This document shows, in pieces, positions 17,897 to 28,247 of a stretch of 40,629 bases of DNA. Within the stretch, counting starts at the first letter, position 1. Each line of letters opens with the position of its first letter. The notes under the pieces were generated by a model. The model was not told the DNA's origin. It saw only the letters and a list, made by a program, of their open reading frames with translations, and made no database searches. The translations under genes and the position numbers were made by a program. This stretch comes from an uncultured bacterium (GTDB lineage: Bacteria > Armatimonadota > Abditibacteriia > Abditibacteriales > Abditibacteriaceae), in assembly GCA_963843795.1 (NCBI GenBank), contig CAWJLW010000003.1, positions 1 to 40,629 on the forward strand. Reading direction: 5' to 3'.

Positions 17897-20403
17897 CGAC
17901 AGAATTAATCTGCCACGGCGAAACGCGCCGCCAGAAAGTGCGCGAACATCATAATGAACATGATTTGCCCGATTTTAACGGCATCGATTACGTCGAAGTC
18001 AGCGATGATCAACTGACGCTGAGCGTTTTCTTTCTACGCAAAGCGCCGCGCCATCTGCGAATCGCCAACGTGCGCATCGAAGGCGGGCGCCGCGTGCGCG
18101 ATATTCAGGTGACGGGTCTTCACTCTTGCCGCCAGCACAACCGCGAGTTGGACGATTGCCTTCAAGTCAGGCTCGATAAATATGGCGATTTCTCCTGCTA
18201 CACGCTACGATTGGTCGAACTCGATGAGCAAAACCGGCCCACGCAAACGCCGTTTCGCGACTTCGATCCACGCTATGCCAGCGTCGAGTTTTCCTTCAAA
18301 GTGAGCTGTCCGTCTCCGGTCGATTGTCTGCCGCAAAATCCGTATCCACTCACCATTCTCGATGAGCCACAAATCAATTATCTGGCCAAAGATTACGCGA
18401 GTTTTCGGCAACTGATTTTGGATCGAATGGCGCTTTTGGTGCCCGATTGGAAAGAGCGCCATGTGCCAGATTTGGGCATCACATTAGTCGAGATTTTGGC
18501 CTACGTCGGCGACTACCTGAGCTACTATCAAGACGCCGTGGCTACCGAAGCCTATCTCGAAACCGCGCGCCTCCGAATCTCGGTGCGCCGCCACGCGCGC
18601 TTGGTTGATTATGCGATGCACGAAGGCTGCAACGCGCGCGCCTGGATTACAGTTGATACTGATCAAGATTTAAAGTTTGCGTCGCACGAAATCTCGTTTG
18701 TTACCGGCCAAAGCGGGGCGAAAAGCGCTGTTCTTACCTCCGACGATTTGATTGGTGTACCACTCGGCGGCTACGAAACATTCCAGCCGATGTCGCAAGG
18801 CGAAATTCAGCTTTATCAGGCGCACAGCGAAATGTGGTTTTACACTTGGGGCGACAGCGAATGCTGTCTGCCCAAAGGTGCCACGCGCGCGACTTTGATA
18901 AAGAAACCAACCGATGACAGCGAGCGCGAATTGCGCGATTTAAAAATTGGTCAGATTTTGATTTTCGAAGAAGTTTTAGGCCCGAAAACCGGTGCGCCCG
19001 CTGATGCCGACGCCGCGCATCGGCACGCGGTGCTTTTGACAAAAGTCACGCCGACAACCGACGAACTTTTCAACCAGCCCATCGTGGAAATCGAGTGGGC
19101 ACCCGCCGATGCTTTGCCATTTGCGCTCTGTTTGTCATCCGTCAGCGAAGCGCCTGCTTGTAAATATTTAGAAAACGTCAGCGTAGCACGTGGCAATGTG
19201 ATTTTGGTGGATCATGGTCGCACTCAGCCATCCGAAGATTTGGGCGTGGTGCCGAGATTACCGACAATTTCCACGTGCGAAGACGGCGGTTGCCCGACCG
19301 AAATTCAAAATGTGGCGGGCCGTTTCAATCCGTCGCTGAAACAGGGGCCGCTGACTTTCGCCGAACCGTTTGTGCGCGACGCATTGAACGGCAAAGCGCC
19401 CGCGTCAAGCCTTTTGCAACAGCAGCCACGCCGCGCGTTGCCGCAAATTCAGTTGACCAGCGACTCGGCTTTAGAATGGAGCGTGCGGCCCGATTTGCTC
19501 GATAGCGGCGCCGATGACGTCGATTATTTTGTCGAAATGGACGACGATGGCCGCGCGCATCTGCATTTTGGCGACGGCGAATTAGGCCGTGCGCTCACGC
19601 CCGGTGCGGCTTTTCGCGCGGTTTATCGCGTCGGCAATGGGCAAGTCGGCAACGTCGGGCGCGAGGCAATTTCTCACGTTGTGTTGACAGAGAAGTTGAG
19701 TGGCGCAAGTATTACTATTCGCAATCCTCTGCCCGCAAGCGGCGGCACCGATGCAGAACCGGTTTCGCAGGTCAAGATGTTCGCGCCGTCGGCGTTTCGC
19801 AACGAATTGCAGCGTGCCATCACCGCCGACGATTACGCACAGTTGGCCCAGCGCGACCCGCGCGTGCAACGCGCCGCCGCGACATTGCGTTGGACGGGCA
19901 GTTGGTATGAAGTTCTGCTGGCGGTTGACTCGAAAAATGAACCGCAAGCCGACTCCGCTTTGCTGCGCGACATCGCACGTAGTCTGGCGCCGTTTCGTCG
20001 TCTGGAGCACGATCTCACTGTCACAAATGCGGTCAACGTGCCGCTCGATATTGAACTCACGGTTTGCGTGCAAAGTGGCTATTTACGAGGCCACGTCGAA
20101 GCGGCGTTGCGCGCTTTATTCAGCAATCGCGCGTTGCCTGATGGAACGCGCGGCTTTTTTCATCCTGATAATCTGTCGTTTGGCGAGGGCGTCGCTGCCA
20201 GCCGGATGATCGCGCGCGCTCAATCTGTTGCGGGCGTGGAAAACGTGGTCATTTCCAAATTGCAGCGGTGGGGCGAAGATGGACGATTCGAGCTAAAAAA
20301 TGGATTTTTGCCGCTCGATCCGCTCGAAATCGCGCGCTTGGATAACGATCCAAGCGCGCCCGAAAACGGCGTATTGAAACTGAAAATGGGAGGTGGACGA
20401 TGA
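17893..20403 (+). CDS. baseplate J/gp6-like wedge protein 1 (Afp11-like)
   Basis: INYLAKDYASFRQLILDR, DLGITLVEILAYVGDYLSYYQDAVATEAYLETAR, FGDGELG, QRAITADDY. Confidence 0.93.
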   Translation: MTTELICHGETRRQKVREHHNEHDLPDFNGIDYVEVSDDQLTLSVFFLRKAPRHLRIANVRIEGGRRVRDIQVTGLHSCRQHNRELDDCLQVRLDKYGDFSCYTLRLVELDEQNRPTQTPFRDFDPRYASVEFSFKVSCPSPVDCLPQNPYPLTILDEPQINYLAKDYASFRQLILDRMALLVPDWKERHVPDLGITLVEILAYVGDYLSYYQDAVATEAYLETARLRISVRRHARLVDYAMHEGCNARAWITVDTDQDLKFASHEISFVTGQSGAKSAVLTSDDLIGVPLGGYETFQPMSQGEIQLYQAHSEMWFYTWGDSECCLPKGATRATLIKKPTDDSERELRDLKIGQILIFEEVLGPKTGAPADADAAHRHAVLLTKVTPTTDELFNQPIVEIEWAPADALPFALCLSSVSEAPACKYLENVSVARGNVILVDHGRTQPSEDLGVVPRLPTISTCEDGGCPTEIQNVAGRFNPSLKQGPLTFAEPFVRDALNGKAPASSLLQQQPRRALPQIQLTSDSALEWSVRPDLLDSGADDVDYFVEMDDDGRAHLHFGDGELGRALTPGAAFRAVYRVGNGQVGNVGREAISHVVLTEKLSGASITIRNPLPASGGTDAEPVSQVKMFAPSAFRNELQRAITADDYAQLAQRDPRVQRAAATLRWTGSWYEVLLAVDSKNEPQADSALLRDIARSLAPFRRLEHDLTVTNAVNVPLDIELTVCVQSGYLRGHVEAALRALFSNRALPDGTRGFFHPDNLSFGEGVAASRMIARAQSVAGVENVVISKLQRWGEDGRFELKNGFLPLDPLEIARLDNDPSAPENGVLKLKMGGGR

Positions 20404-23400
20404 ACCAAACCACGAAGGTTGCGGAGGCGGTTGCGGATGTGGATGTGGATGTGGAGGCGCGAATTGTGGTTGCTGCGAAGGCATCGAACGCTTGACGCCC
20501 GTCGCCATCGCCAACCGACCCGGCCTTGCTGCGCTCAGTTATCGCGTCGGCACGCACGGCACTTTTCTGCAAACAATGCGCGCGGATTTGTCCGCCAACG
20601 CCGCTTTATCTGGACTGAAGACGCGCGATAGCGGCGATTTTTCGATTGCTCTGTTGGATGCGTGGGCGACGATCGGCGACGTTTTGACGTTTTATCAGGA
20701 GCGCATCGCCAACGAAGGTTATCTGCGAACTGCGCTCGAACGCCGCTCGGTTCTGGAATTGGCGCGTTTGGTCGGCTACCGATTGCGCCCCGGCGTGGCT
20801 GCCAGCGTTTACTTCGCCTATTTGCTGGAAAAAGAGCAAGCCGATGTGCTTATCGCCCCCGGCAATCGCGCGCAGACCGTGCCCGATCCGGGCGAAGCCG
20901 CGCAAACTTTTGAAACCGCCGATTCGCTCGAAGCGGCTACCGCGCTCAACACTTTGAAGCCGCGTTTGCACCGGCCTCAATATCTACAACTGAGCGATAT
21001 TATTGATGACAGGCGCGCGCTCGATGCGGCGGCTTTGCAACCGACGGGAATTTATTTGAAGGGCACGTCAACTAATCTCAAAGCCAACGATGCGTTGCTG
21101 TTGCGCTTTGCAAACGCCCATCCTGTGCTGTTTCGCGCCGTCGAAATCGCCACCGAACCGGTTGTAGGCGCCGATCCGCCCATCCAAATGACGCGCCTCA
21201 CGGTGCGTCGCGCCGATTTCGCTCTTGCCGAGCGTGCCGCGCTCGAAGCATTCAAAGCGTTTCCAATTTCGCCGTTGCTGGCGAGCGTGAAACAAATCGC
21301 CGCCGAACGCGTTTTCAGCGCGCATCCCAACAGCAACCAACGCAAACGTCTTTTGGCGGGGCCGCTCGGTCAACTGCAAAATCTGCCGCCCGATATTTCG
21401 GACGCGGCGCTAACCGGTTTGCTGCAACACCAAATCTTGCCCGCTTTGCGCGACAATTCGGCAACCGCCAGTAGTGACACGGTGGCTCGGTTGGAACGTG
21501 TGGCAAACATCGCCAAGAACGCTGGTTCACCCGTCGTGAATGCGCTCACAGCCCTTAAAAAACCGCCATCGTTGCAGCCCGCCAATAAATTTGAACTCGA
21601 CCGCAACGTGGCCCAGATTTACCAGAGCGGAACCGACATCGTGCCGCGCTTGTTCACCGCGCTCAACCCGCAAATCGGCGCGACGGTTTATGCGGCGCTT
21701 TCCAGCCTCACAGCCACCGGCAACGATAAAGATACGATTCAAAGTTTGAATGAAGTGGAGGCGATGCGCGTCAAAGCGGCGCTGTTCGGGCACAACGCGC
21801 CGCCAGCGGCAGTTTTTGCGCGACTCACCGACACCACGAGCCGCATTGCGGGCTATGTTGATCCGGTTGATACATTTCCGGTTTCCACAGAAGACGCGGA
21901 CCGGCGGCGTCTGGGAATTCCGCCGGACTCGCTCGATTTGGACGCTCAATACGACAAAATTCAAGCAGGAAGTTGGATTGCACTGGAAAATTCTGCTTTG
22001 ACGCGTGCCACCGACGGCAAAATCTCATCCATTAGTTACCGCCATGTGGAAAACGTCGAAACGATTTCACGCCTGGATTTTGGTATCTCGGCCAAAGTCA
22101 CGCGCCTGACTTTGGACGAGCAGTGGCCCGACGACAATCAGATCGAAATCTATCGAGAGCTTAACGACAGACCTATTCCGAATTCAACGCTGGTGCGCGG
22201 CACGACGGTTTACGCTCAGGGCGAAAGCTTGGAGCGCGCCGAAGAGCCATTACTGGTTGATGTTGGCAACCTTCAACGCCTCGCAGCGAAGCGCACAAAC
22301 GACGATTTTCTTGAATTGGACGCGCTCTATCGCGGTTTGGAATCGGGACGTTGGGTGATCGTGCAGGGCGAGCGCACCGATTTGAAAAGCGTCAGCGGTG
22401 TTATCGGCGGTGAGTTAGTGATGCTGGCCGAAGTCGTGGAAAAACAGGCGACGATTCCAAACGGCAACAGCGATTTGCCTGGCGATACGCTGCACACATT
22501 CGTGCGTTTTGCGACGCCGTTGGCCTTTTCTTATAAGCGCGCGACGGTGAAAATTTACGGTAATGTCGTGCGCGCCACGCACGGCGAAACACGCTTTGAA
22601 GTTTTGGGCGGCGGCGATGGCAGCAAATCGTTACAGCAATTTACGCTCAAGCAATCGCCGCTCACTTTCATCGCTGCGCCGACCGCCGAAGGCGCGCAAA
22701 GCACGCTCGAAGTTAGCGTCAACGATGTGTTGTGGCACGAAGCCGATAATCTGGCGATGCTCGGCGCCACAGATCGCGGCTACATCACGCGAACCGATGA
22801 CAATGCCAATACCAGCGTTATCTTCGGGACGGGCGAAAATGGCGCGCGTTTGCCGAGCGGTGCTGAAAACGTCAAGGCCAAATATCGCAGCGGCATTGGC
22901 CGGAGCGGAAACGTCAAAGCCGGACAAATCAGCCAACTTTTGACGCAGCCTTTGGGCGTGAAAAGTGTGAGCAATCCACTCGCGGCGAGTGGCGGCGCTG
23001 ACCGCGAAAGCCGCGATCAGGCGCGCAAAAATGCGCCGCTGGGCGTGACGGCTTTAGGAAGATTGGTTTCCATCCGCGATTATGAAGATTTTGCGCGCAC
23101 TTTCGCGGGCATCGGCAAGGCCAGCGCTGTTCGTTTGTCCGATGGACGCCGCCAACTGGTGCATCTTACCATCGCCGGAGAAAATGACATCCCGATTGAC
23201 GCCAATTCCGATTTGTATCGCAACTTGCTTCAAGCGTTGCGCAATCAGGGCGACCCGTTTCAGCCGGTGCAGTTGGCCGTGCGCGAGTTGGTTGCTCTCG
23301 TCGTCAGCGCAAACGTGCAGTTACAAAGCGATTACTTGTGGGAAGTGACCGAGCCGAGAATCCGCGCGGCGATGCTGGATGCGTTTTCGTTCGAGCGGCG

Positions 23401-23674
23401 CGAATTGGGCGAAGACGCCCTTGCAGCCAGGGCGCTTGCTACCATTCAAAACGTCGCGGGCGTGGCTGCTGTTGAACTCGACGTTTTCGATAGCATTAAC
23501 GAAATCCGTTTGGGTCAGGATAATATTGGCGCGCTCAAATCGCAACCGCGCATCAAGGTCGAATTCGCGCGCCGCGACCTGAAAACACCGCACACCATTT
23601 TACCCGCCCAAATCGCGTTTTTGACGCCCGCTGTGAGCGACACTTTAATTCTTACAGGAGGGGGAAAACTATGA
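20393..23674 (+). CDS. baseplate J/gp6-like wedge protein 2
   Basis: NRPGL..LSYRVGTH, ALLDAWATIGDVLTFYQERIANEGYLRTA.ERRSV, GRLVSIRDYEDFAR. Confidence 0.92.
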   Translation: MDDEPNHEGCGGGCGCGCGCGGANCGCCEGIERLTPVAIANRPGLAALSYRVGTHGTFLQTMRADLSANAALSGLKTRDSGDFSIALLDAWATIGDVLTFYQERIANEGYLRTALERRSVLELARLVGYRLRPGVAASVYFAYLLEKEQADVLIAPGNRAQTVPDPGEAAQTFETADSLEAATALNTLKPRLHRPQYLQLSDIIDDRRALDAAALQPTGIYLKGTSTNLKANDALLLRFANAHPVLFRAVEIATEPVVGADPPIQMTRLTVRRADFALAERAALEAFKAFPISPLLASVKQIAAERVFSAHPNSNQRKRLLAGPLGQLQNLPPDISDAALTGLLQHQILPALRDNSATASSDTVARLERVANIAKNAGSPVVNALTALKKPPSLQPANKFELDRNVAQIYQSGTDIVPRLFTALNPQIGATVYAALSSLTATGNDKDTIQSLNEVEAMRVKAALFGHNAPPAAVFARLTDTTSRIAGYVDPVDTFPVSTEDADRRRLGIPPDSLDLDAQYDKIQAGSWIALENSALTRATDGKISSISYRHVENVETISRLDFGISAKVTRLTLDEQWPDDNQIEIYRELNDRPIPNSTLVRGTTVYAQGESLERAEEPLLVDVGNLQRLAAKRTNDDFLELDALYRGLESGRWVIVQGERTDLKSVSGVIGGELVMLAEVVEKQATIPNGNSDLPGDTLHTFVRFATPLAFSYKRATVKIYGNVVRATHGETRFEVLGGGDGSKSLQQFTLKQSPLTFIAAPTAEGAQSTLEVSVNDVLWHEADNLAMLGATDRGYITRTDDNANTSVIFGTGENGARLPSGAENVKAKYRSGIGRSGNVKAGQISQLLTQPLGVKSVSNPLAASGGADRESRDQARKNAPLGVTALGRLVSIRDYEDFARTFAGIGKASAVRLSDGRRQLVHLTIAGENDIPIDANSDLYRNLLQALRNQGDPFQPVQLAVRELVALVVSANVQLQSDYLWEVTEPRIRAAMLDAFSFERRELGEDALAARALATIQNVAGVAAVELDVFDSINEIRLGQDNIGALKSQPRIKVEFARRDLKTPHTILPAQIAFLTPAVSDTLILTGGGKL

Positions 23675-25851
23675 ATTCACCCCATCCCGATCTCGACCGT
23701 TTGTATCGGTTGTTGCCCGCGTATCACCGCCAGCGCGATGAAGAGCAGGGCGGGCCACTGCGCGCATTGCTGCAAATCATCGCCGAACAAGTGGCGCTGG
23801 TTGAAGCCGATATTGATCAGCTTTACCAAAACTGGTTCATCGAAACTTGCCAGGATTGGGTCGTGCCCTACCTCGGCGATTTGGTGGATTACGCGCCGAT
23901 TCACGAAGCGGGCGAACCCGGTAGCGCGGCGACTTTTGAAGGCCGCAAACTCAACAAAATTTTGATTTCGCGCCGCGACGTGGCTGCAACAATTCGCACG
24001 CGCCGCCGCAAAGGCACCGTTGCGTTGTTGGAAATGTTAGCTCTGGATGCCGCCGGTTGGCCAGCGGCGCGCGTTGTCGAATTTTATAAATTGCTCGCTG
24101 TAACACGGCGTAACAATCAACAACGTTTGGGCCGTAGTCGCACTGTTGATCTGCGCAATGGCGACGCTTTGGAGCGATTGGACGGCCCGTTCGATGAAAT
24201 CGCCCACACCGTTGATATTCGCCGCATCAATTCGCAGCGCACCGTCGGGCGCTTCAACATTCCCGAAGTTGGCGTTTTCGTGTGGCGCATCAAAGCGTTT
24301 TCGGTCACGCAAACTCCGGCCTATTGTCTGGAGGAAATCGGGGCGAACTGTTTTTCCTTCAGCGTTTTAAGCAACGATGGGCCACTTTACAATCATCTGC
24401 GGCCTGAATCGAATGAATTTCACGTCGCGGGCGAAGCGAATTTGCCGGTTCCGATTCGGCGCCGTGCTCTCGACCGCCACACGCAGCGTTATTATGGAGA
24501 CATCGCAGCGGGAAAAAGTTTGCAAATCTGGAAAGGCGTCACGCGGCGCTCTAAAGTAGTGCGTGAGCTGGTTTCGCCTTCGCAAATCGTGGTCGCCGAC
24601 CTCACCGATTGGCAATACCAACCCGAAGAGCAACAGATCGCTGTTGATCCGATTTCAGGTCGCATCGCTTTCTCGCCCGATTTCGCGCCGTCGGGCGTTT
24701 GGGTTTCCTACTTTTATGGTTTCAGCGCCAATATCGGCGGCGGCGAATATGGACGCTCGCTTTCGCAGCCCGATGTTGACGCCGAAAAACTGGCGTTGCT
24801 GAAAGTTGGCGAAAATAGCGATTTCGATTCCATCGAAGCGGCTTATCAGCACTGGATAGAAGTGCAGGAAAATCAACCACACGCTATCATCGAAATTCAG
24901 GACAGCGGCGTCTACACCGAGCAATTGAACTTCGTATTGCGGCACGGCCAGAGCTTGCAACTGCGCGCCGCTTACCGGACGCGGCCCGTGATTCGACTGT
25001 TAGATCGCTATTCGAATCGGCCCGATTCGCTCACCGTCGTGGGCGAGGAAAACGAAAACGGCGCGTCGGGCGGCTGCTTGCTGCTGGACGGATTGCTCAT
25101 CACCGGGCGCGGCGTTCATCTCGAAGGCGGTTTAAGCAAAGTCGCAATTCGCCATTGCACGCTTGTTCCCGGTTGGGCGATTGGCTGCGATTGCGAACCG
25201 TCTCAACCGGCCAAACCGAGCCTGGAAATCTACAAAACTGGCGTGCGCGTCGAAATCGAACATTCGATTATCGGCTCGATTCAGGTCAATGAAGACGAAG
25301 TGAAAACCGATCCAATTCACCTTTGCATCAGCGACAGCATCGTGGATGCGACGAGTTCAGAGCGCGAAGCTATCGGTGCGCCAGGTCGTCGTCTGGCATT
25401 TGCTCAATTGAACATTGCGCGCTGCACCGTGATCGGAAAAACGATGGTTCACGCCATCGAATTGGCCGAGAATAGTCTATTTACCGGAGCAGTCAGCGTT
25501 GCGCGACGGCAGATCGGCTGCGTGCGTTTTTGCTATTTAGCGCCCGGTTCGCGCACGCCGCGCCGCTTTGAGTGTCAGCCCGATTTGGTGGAAAGTGCCG
25601 CTGCCAACGAGTTCAAAGCCCCAGAACGTTTGCGCGTGCGACCTCATTTCAACAGTTTGCGCTATGGGACACCGACCTATTGTCAGCTTGCTCTGAGTTG
25701 CGCCGACGAAATCACGCGCGGGGCCGACGACGCCTCAGAAATGGGCGTTTTTCACGATCTGTTTGGGCCGCAACGCGCCGCCAATTTGCGTACACGCCTC
25801 GAAGAAAACATCCCGGCGGGAATGGATGCCGGAATCATTTACGCCATTTAA
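23671..25851 (+). CDS. tail protein I / gp7-like baseplate protein with C-terminal beta-helix-like region
   Basis: RLYRLLPAYHRQRD, QLYQNWFIETCQDWVVPYLGDLV, RRRKGT, SEMGVFH. Confidence 0.85.
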   Translation: MNSPHPDLDRLYRLLPAYHRQRDEEQGGPLRALLQIIAEQVALVEADIDQLYQNWFIETCQDWVVPYLGDLVDYAPIHEAGEPGSAATFEGRKLNKILISRRDVAATIRTRRRKGTVALLEMLALDAAGWPAARVVEFYKLLAVTRRNNQQRLGRSRTVDLRNGDALERLDGPFDEIAHTVDIRRINSQRTVGRFNIPEVGVFVWRIKAFSVTQTPAYCLEEIGANCFSFSVLSNDGPLYNHLRPESNEFHVAGEANLPVPIRRRALDRHTQRYYGDIAAGKSLQIWKGVTRRSKVVRELVSPSQIVVADLTDWQYQPEEQQIAVDPISGRIAFSPDFAPSGVWVSYFYGFSANIGGGEYGRSLSQPDVDAEKLALLKVGENSDFDSIEAAYQHWIEVQENQPHAIIEIQDSGVYTEQLNFVLRHGQSLQLRAAYRTRPVIRLLDRYSNRPDSLTVVGEENENGASGGCLLLDGLLITGRGVHLEGGLSKVAIRHCTLVPGWAIGCDCEPSQPAKPSLEIYKTGVRVEIEHSIIGSIQVNEDEVKTDPIHLCISDSIVDATSSEREAIGAPGRRLAFAQLNIARCTVIGKTMVHAIELAENSLFTGAVSVARRQIGCVRFCYLAPGSRTPRRFECQPDLVESAAANEFKAPERLRVRPHFNSLRYGTPTYCQLALSCADEITRGADDASEMGVFHDLFGPQRAANLRTRLEENIPAGMDAGIIYAI

Positions 25852-25868
25852 CTTAAACAAGGAAACCC

Positions 25869-27317
25869 ATGAAAAGCGACATCACCCGCGATACATTCGA
25901 TTTGACCCGCCAATTTTCTCGCGTGCTAATGCAGCAGGGCCGCGTCCAACTCGACGCCGATTGGAATGAACAAACCTCGATTCTGCTGCATTTTTTGCAA
26001 AACTTAGCCGCTGATTTAATTGGACCATACGGCGGACCAAACGATATTTTGGGGCCGGACGGCAACCTGCAACAGCGCCGATGTGGCTTTGAAATTATCG
26101 CTGACGCCGCGCGTCTCGACCAATTCCCCGATCTGGCGCCGAATGAAAAAGAAAAGTGGAAAGCAACACTGGCACAAGCCAAACCGCCTTTTCTGATTGG
26201 AAACGGGCGCTATTATGTGGACGGATTGGTGTGCGAAAACGCGCAAATCCTGCCCTATTCGGATCAAATCGGCGCGCCGCCCACACCGCCCGATGGCAAC
26301 GCCAATCTCCAAGCGGGCAATTATCTGGTTTATCTCGATGTGTGGGAACGCTTGGTGACTTTTCTGGACGACGATTCGATTCGCGAAGTCGCCTTGAACG
26401 GCGCCGATACCGCCGCGCGCGCGCAAATCGCCGCGCAAGTGCGCGTGTCGCCGATGCAACCCGGCAACGCGGCTCCATCGCCCACATCAGTGCAAGCGCA
26501 TTGGGCCGACTGGAAACAAAGATTTCAACCTCTCCCCAATGGCCAACTGCGCGCGCGCGTGCAAGCGCCCTCCGCCGACGAAACCGGGCCGTGTCTTCCG
26601 TCGCCGTTGTCGGGTTATCGCAGAGCGGAAAATCAACTTTATCGCGTCGAGATTCATCAGAGCGGCACAGCAGACACTGCGACTTTCAAGTGGTCGCGCG
26701 ACAACGGATCAGTCGTCACCGATTGGACGAGAATCGAGGGCAACACATTAGAAACCGGCAGCGTTCACGATTCGCAGCACGGTTTTCGCAGCCAAGATTG
26801 GGTCGAGCTAAGCTACGACGCGCTCGAATTTCAAGGTCAACCGGGAACTTTGGTGCAACTCACCAACGCGCAAAATGGCGTCTTGACAATTGGGAATGCC
26901 AACGGCATCACTTGGAGCGCCGATTTGCAGCATCCCAAGGTTCGACGCTGGGATCAAAGGGAAACGGAAAATCAGCCATTGCAAGCGGGCGCAATTGCGA
27001 TTGTCGAAGGTCAGTGGATTGATTTGGAAGACGGCGTTCAAGTCTGGTTTGAGGCCGTTTCGCCCGATCATCCCAATCAATATCGCAGCGGCGATTACTG
27101 GCTCATTCCGGCGCGCACCGCGACCGGCGATGTCGAATGGCCTTTCGTCACAAATGATCAAGGCGAGAAGCAAGCACAACCCTTGCCGTCGCGCGGCATC
27201 GAGCATCACTACGCACCTCTGGCAATTATTGAGATCAAGACCGACGGCCTCCTAACCGTTGTTAATGATTGTCGTCGCAAATTTCCGGAGCTTGCGAGAG
27301 ATAGCAATTCTCAATGA
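25869..27317 (+). CDS. DUF6519 domain protein (putative tail-fibre base)
   Basis: MKSDITRDTFD...VLMQQGRVQLDADWNEQ, ENQLYRVEIH, FKWSRDNGSV, GDYWLIPARTATG, HHYAPLA...DCRRKFPEL. Confidence 0.88.
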   Translation: MKSDITRDTFDLTRQFSRVLMQQGRVQLDADWNEQTSILLHFLQNLAADLIGPYGGPNDILGPDGNLQQRRCGFEIIADAARLDQFPDLAPNEKEKWKATLAQAKPPFLIGNGRYYVDGLVCENAQILPYSDQIGAPPTPPDGNANLQAGNYLVYLDVWERLVTFLDDDSIREVALNGADTAARAQIAAQVRVSPMQPGNAAPSPTSVQAHWADWKQRFQPLPNGQLRARVQAPSADETGPCLPSPLSGYRRAENQLYRVEIHQSGTADTATFKWSRDNGSVVTDWTRIEGNTLETGSVHDSQHGFRSQDWVELSYDALEFQGQPGTLVQLTNAQNGVLTIGNANGITWSADLQHPKVRRWDQRETENQPLQAGAIAIVEGQWIDLEDGVQVWFEAVSPDHPNQYRSGDYWLIPARTATGDVEWPFVTNDQGEKQAQPLPSRGIEHHYAPLAIIEIKTDGLLTVVNDCRRKFPELARDSNSQ

Positions 27318-27493
27318 TGAAGATAAAATCGTAAATTGTTAGTCTCGCCGCGCGATGAATTCCTGGAGGCGGCACGTGCTGCCTCGCATTACACGGTGGA
27401 TAACAACAGTGCATCGCCAGGTAAAGTCCACGCAGTTGAGCCACCTCCGATCGCACGATCAAAAGGCAAAATTTCGTATTTCAAGTGGCTCTC

Positions 27494-27973
27494 ATGCAGA
27501 TGCAGATGTGGATAATCGGAGGCGTGTTCGCCCTTGTTGGCGTTCCGATGGTTTGGCTTGCCCTGCGTACCTTCGCCCTTGACCGCGTGATCGCCACTTG
27601 GCCACGCGCTCCGGGTGTCGTGACCAGCGCGCGTCTCGACTCTTGGACGCAATCGTCTAAGGACCGCGATGGTTACGACCGCACCGACAGGGTCTACCGG
27701 CCCATCGTCCATTACACATACAAGGTCAATGGTCAGATGCTGGAGGGCAACCGCATTCACCGCAATGACGGCACCGCAACGGACCGGGGCGCGGCCCAGC
27801 GTGCAATTGACAAGTATGCTCCGCAGCAGGAAGTGAAGGTTCTTTACGATCCACAGAATCCCCAGATTGCCTACCTAGAAACGCGGAGGTCGATTGGCGG
27901 CGTGATTCTCTGCGCCTTCGGTGTTTTCTGGGTCGCGCTGGGTGCGCTCCTCGTGGGGCTTTCGTTCCTGTAG
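27494..27973 (+). CDS. DUF3592 family membrane protein
   Basis: N- and C-terminal TM helices, WPRAPGVV, Y.Y.VNG, V.VLYDPQNP..AYL. Start codon uncertain (27485-27506). Confidence 0.85.
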   Translation: MQMQMWIIGGVFALVGVPMVWLALRTFALDRVIATWPRAPGVVTSARLDSWTQSSKDRDGYDRTDRVYRPIVHYTYKVNGQMLEGNRIHRNDGTATDRGAAQRAIDKYAPQQEVKVLYDPQNPQIAYLETRRSIGGVILCAFGVFWVALGALLVGLSFL

Positions 27974-28247
27974 TAACCGCTTAAGAGCGTGGGAGGCTGC
28001 ATCTGACAACCTTGTATGTTTACTTATATGTTTAAAAGAAGTGGTGAGATGGGCTTGAGATAAAGCCGAAACTGCCATGCTGCTGCAGGCAGACGAACAC
28101 TGCCGCTGTGCTGCTGCCTGCAGCACTGATGGAAGCTAGACTGACTTTACTCCCCTATTCCAGTCCAATTGCGTGCGGAGTTTTCCGCAGAGTTGTCGGT
28201 GTCCCAGGTATAGAAGCGAGAGAGCGAGCGCGTCTAAGCGGCTCGAC

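Larger units (their letters stand above)
2634..27317 (+). other. extracellular contractile injection system (eCIS) gene cluster
   Basis: Co-oriented sheath, tube, DUF4255, AAA+ ATPase, DUF4157, LysM, hub, spike, PAAR-like, gp25, 2x baseplate J, tail-I-like and DUF6519 genes with many ATGA overlaps. No head, packaging or TssJLM genes. Confidence 0.95.

Noticed and set aside
2742..27255. Numerous antisense and alternate-frame ORFs over the eCIS genes
   Set aside because: Shadow ORFs expected in GC-rich coding DNA, with no recognisable motifs.
2634..27317. Prophage or type VI secretion system
   Set aside because: No capsid, portal, terminase, integrase or replication genes, and no TssJ/L/M, TssK or ClpV. 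DUF4255 plus Pvc15-like ATPase indicates eCIS.
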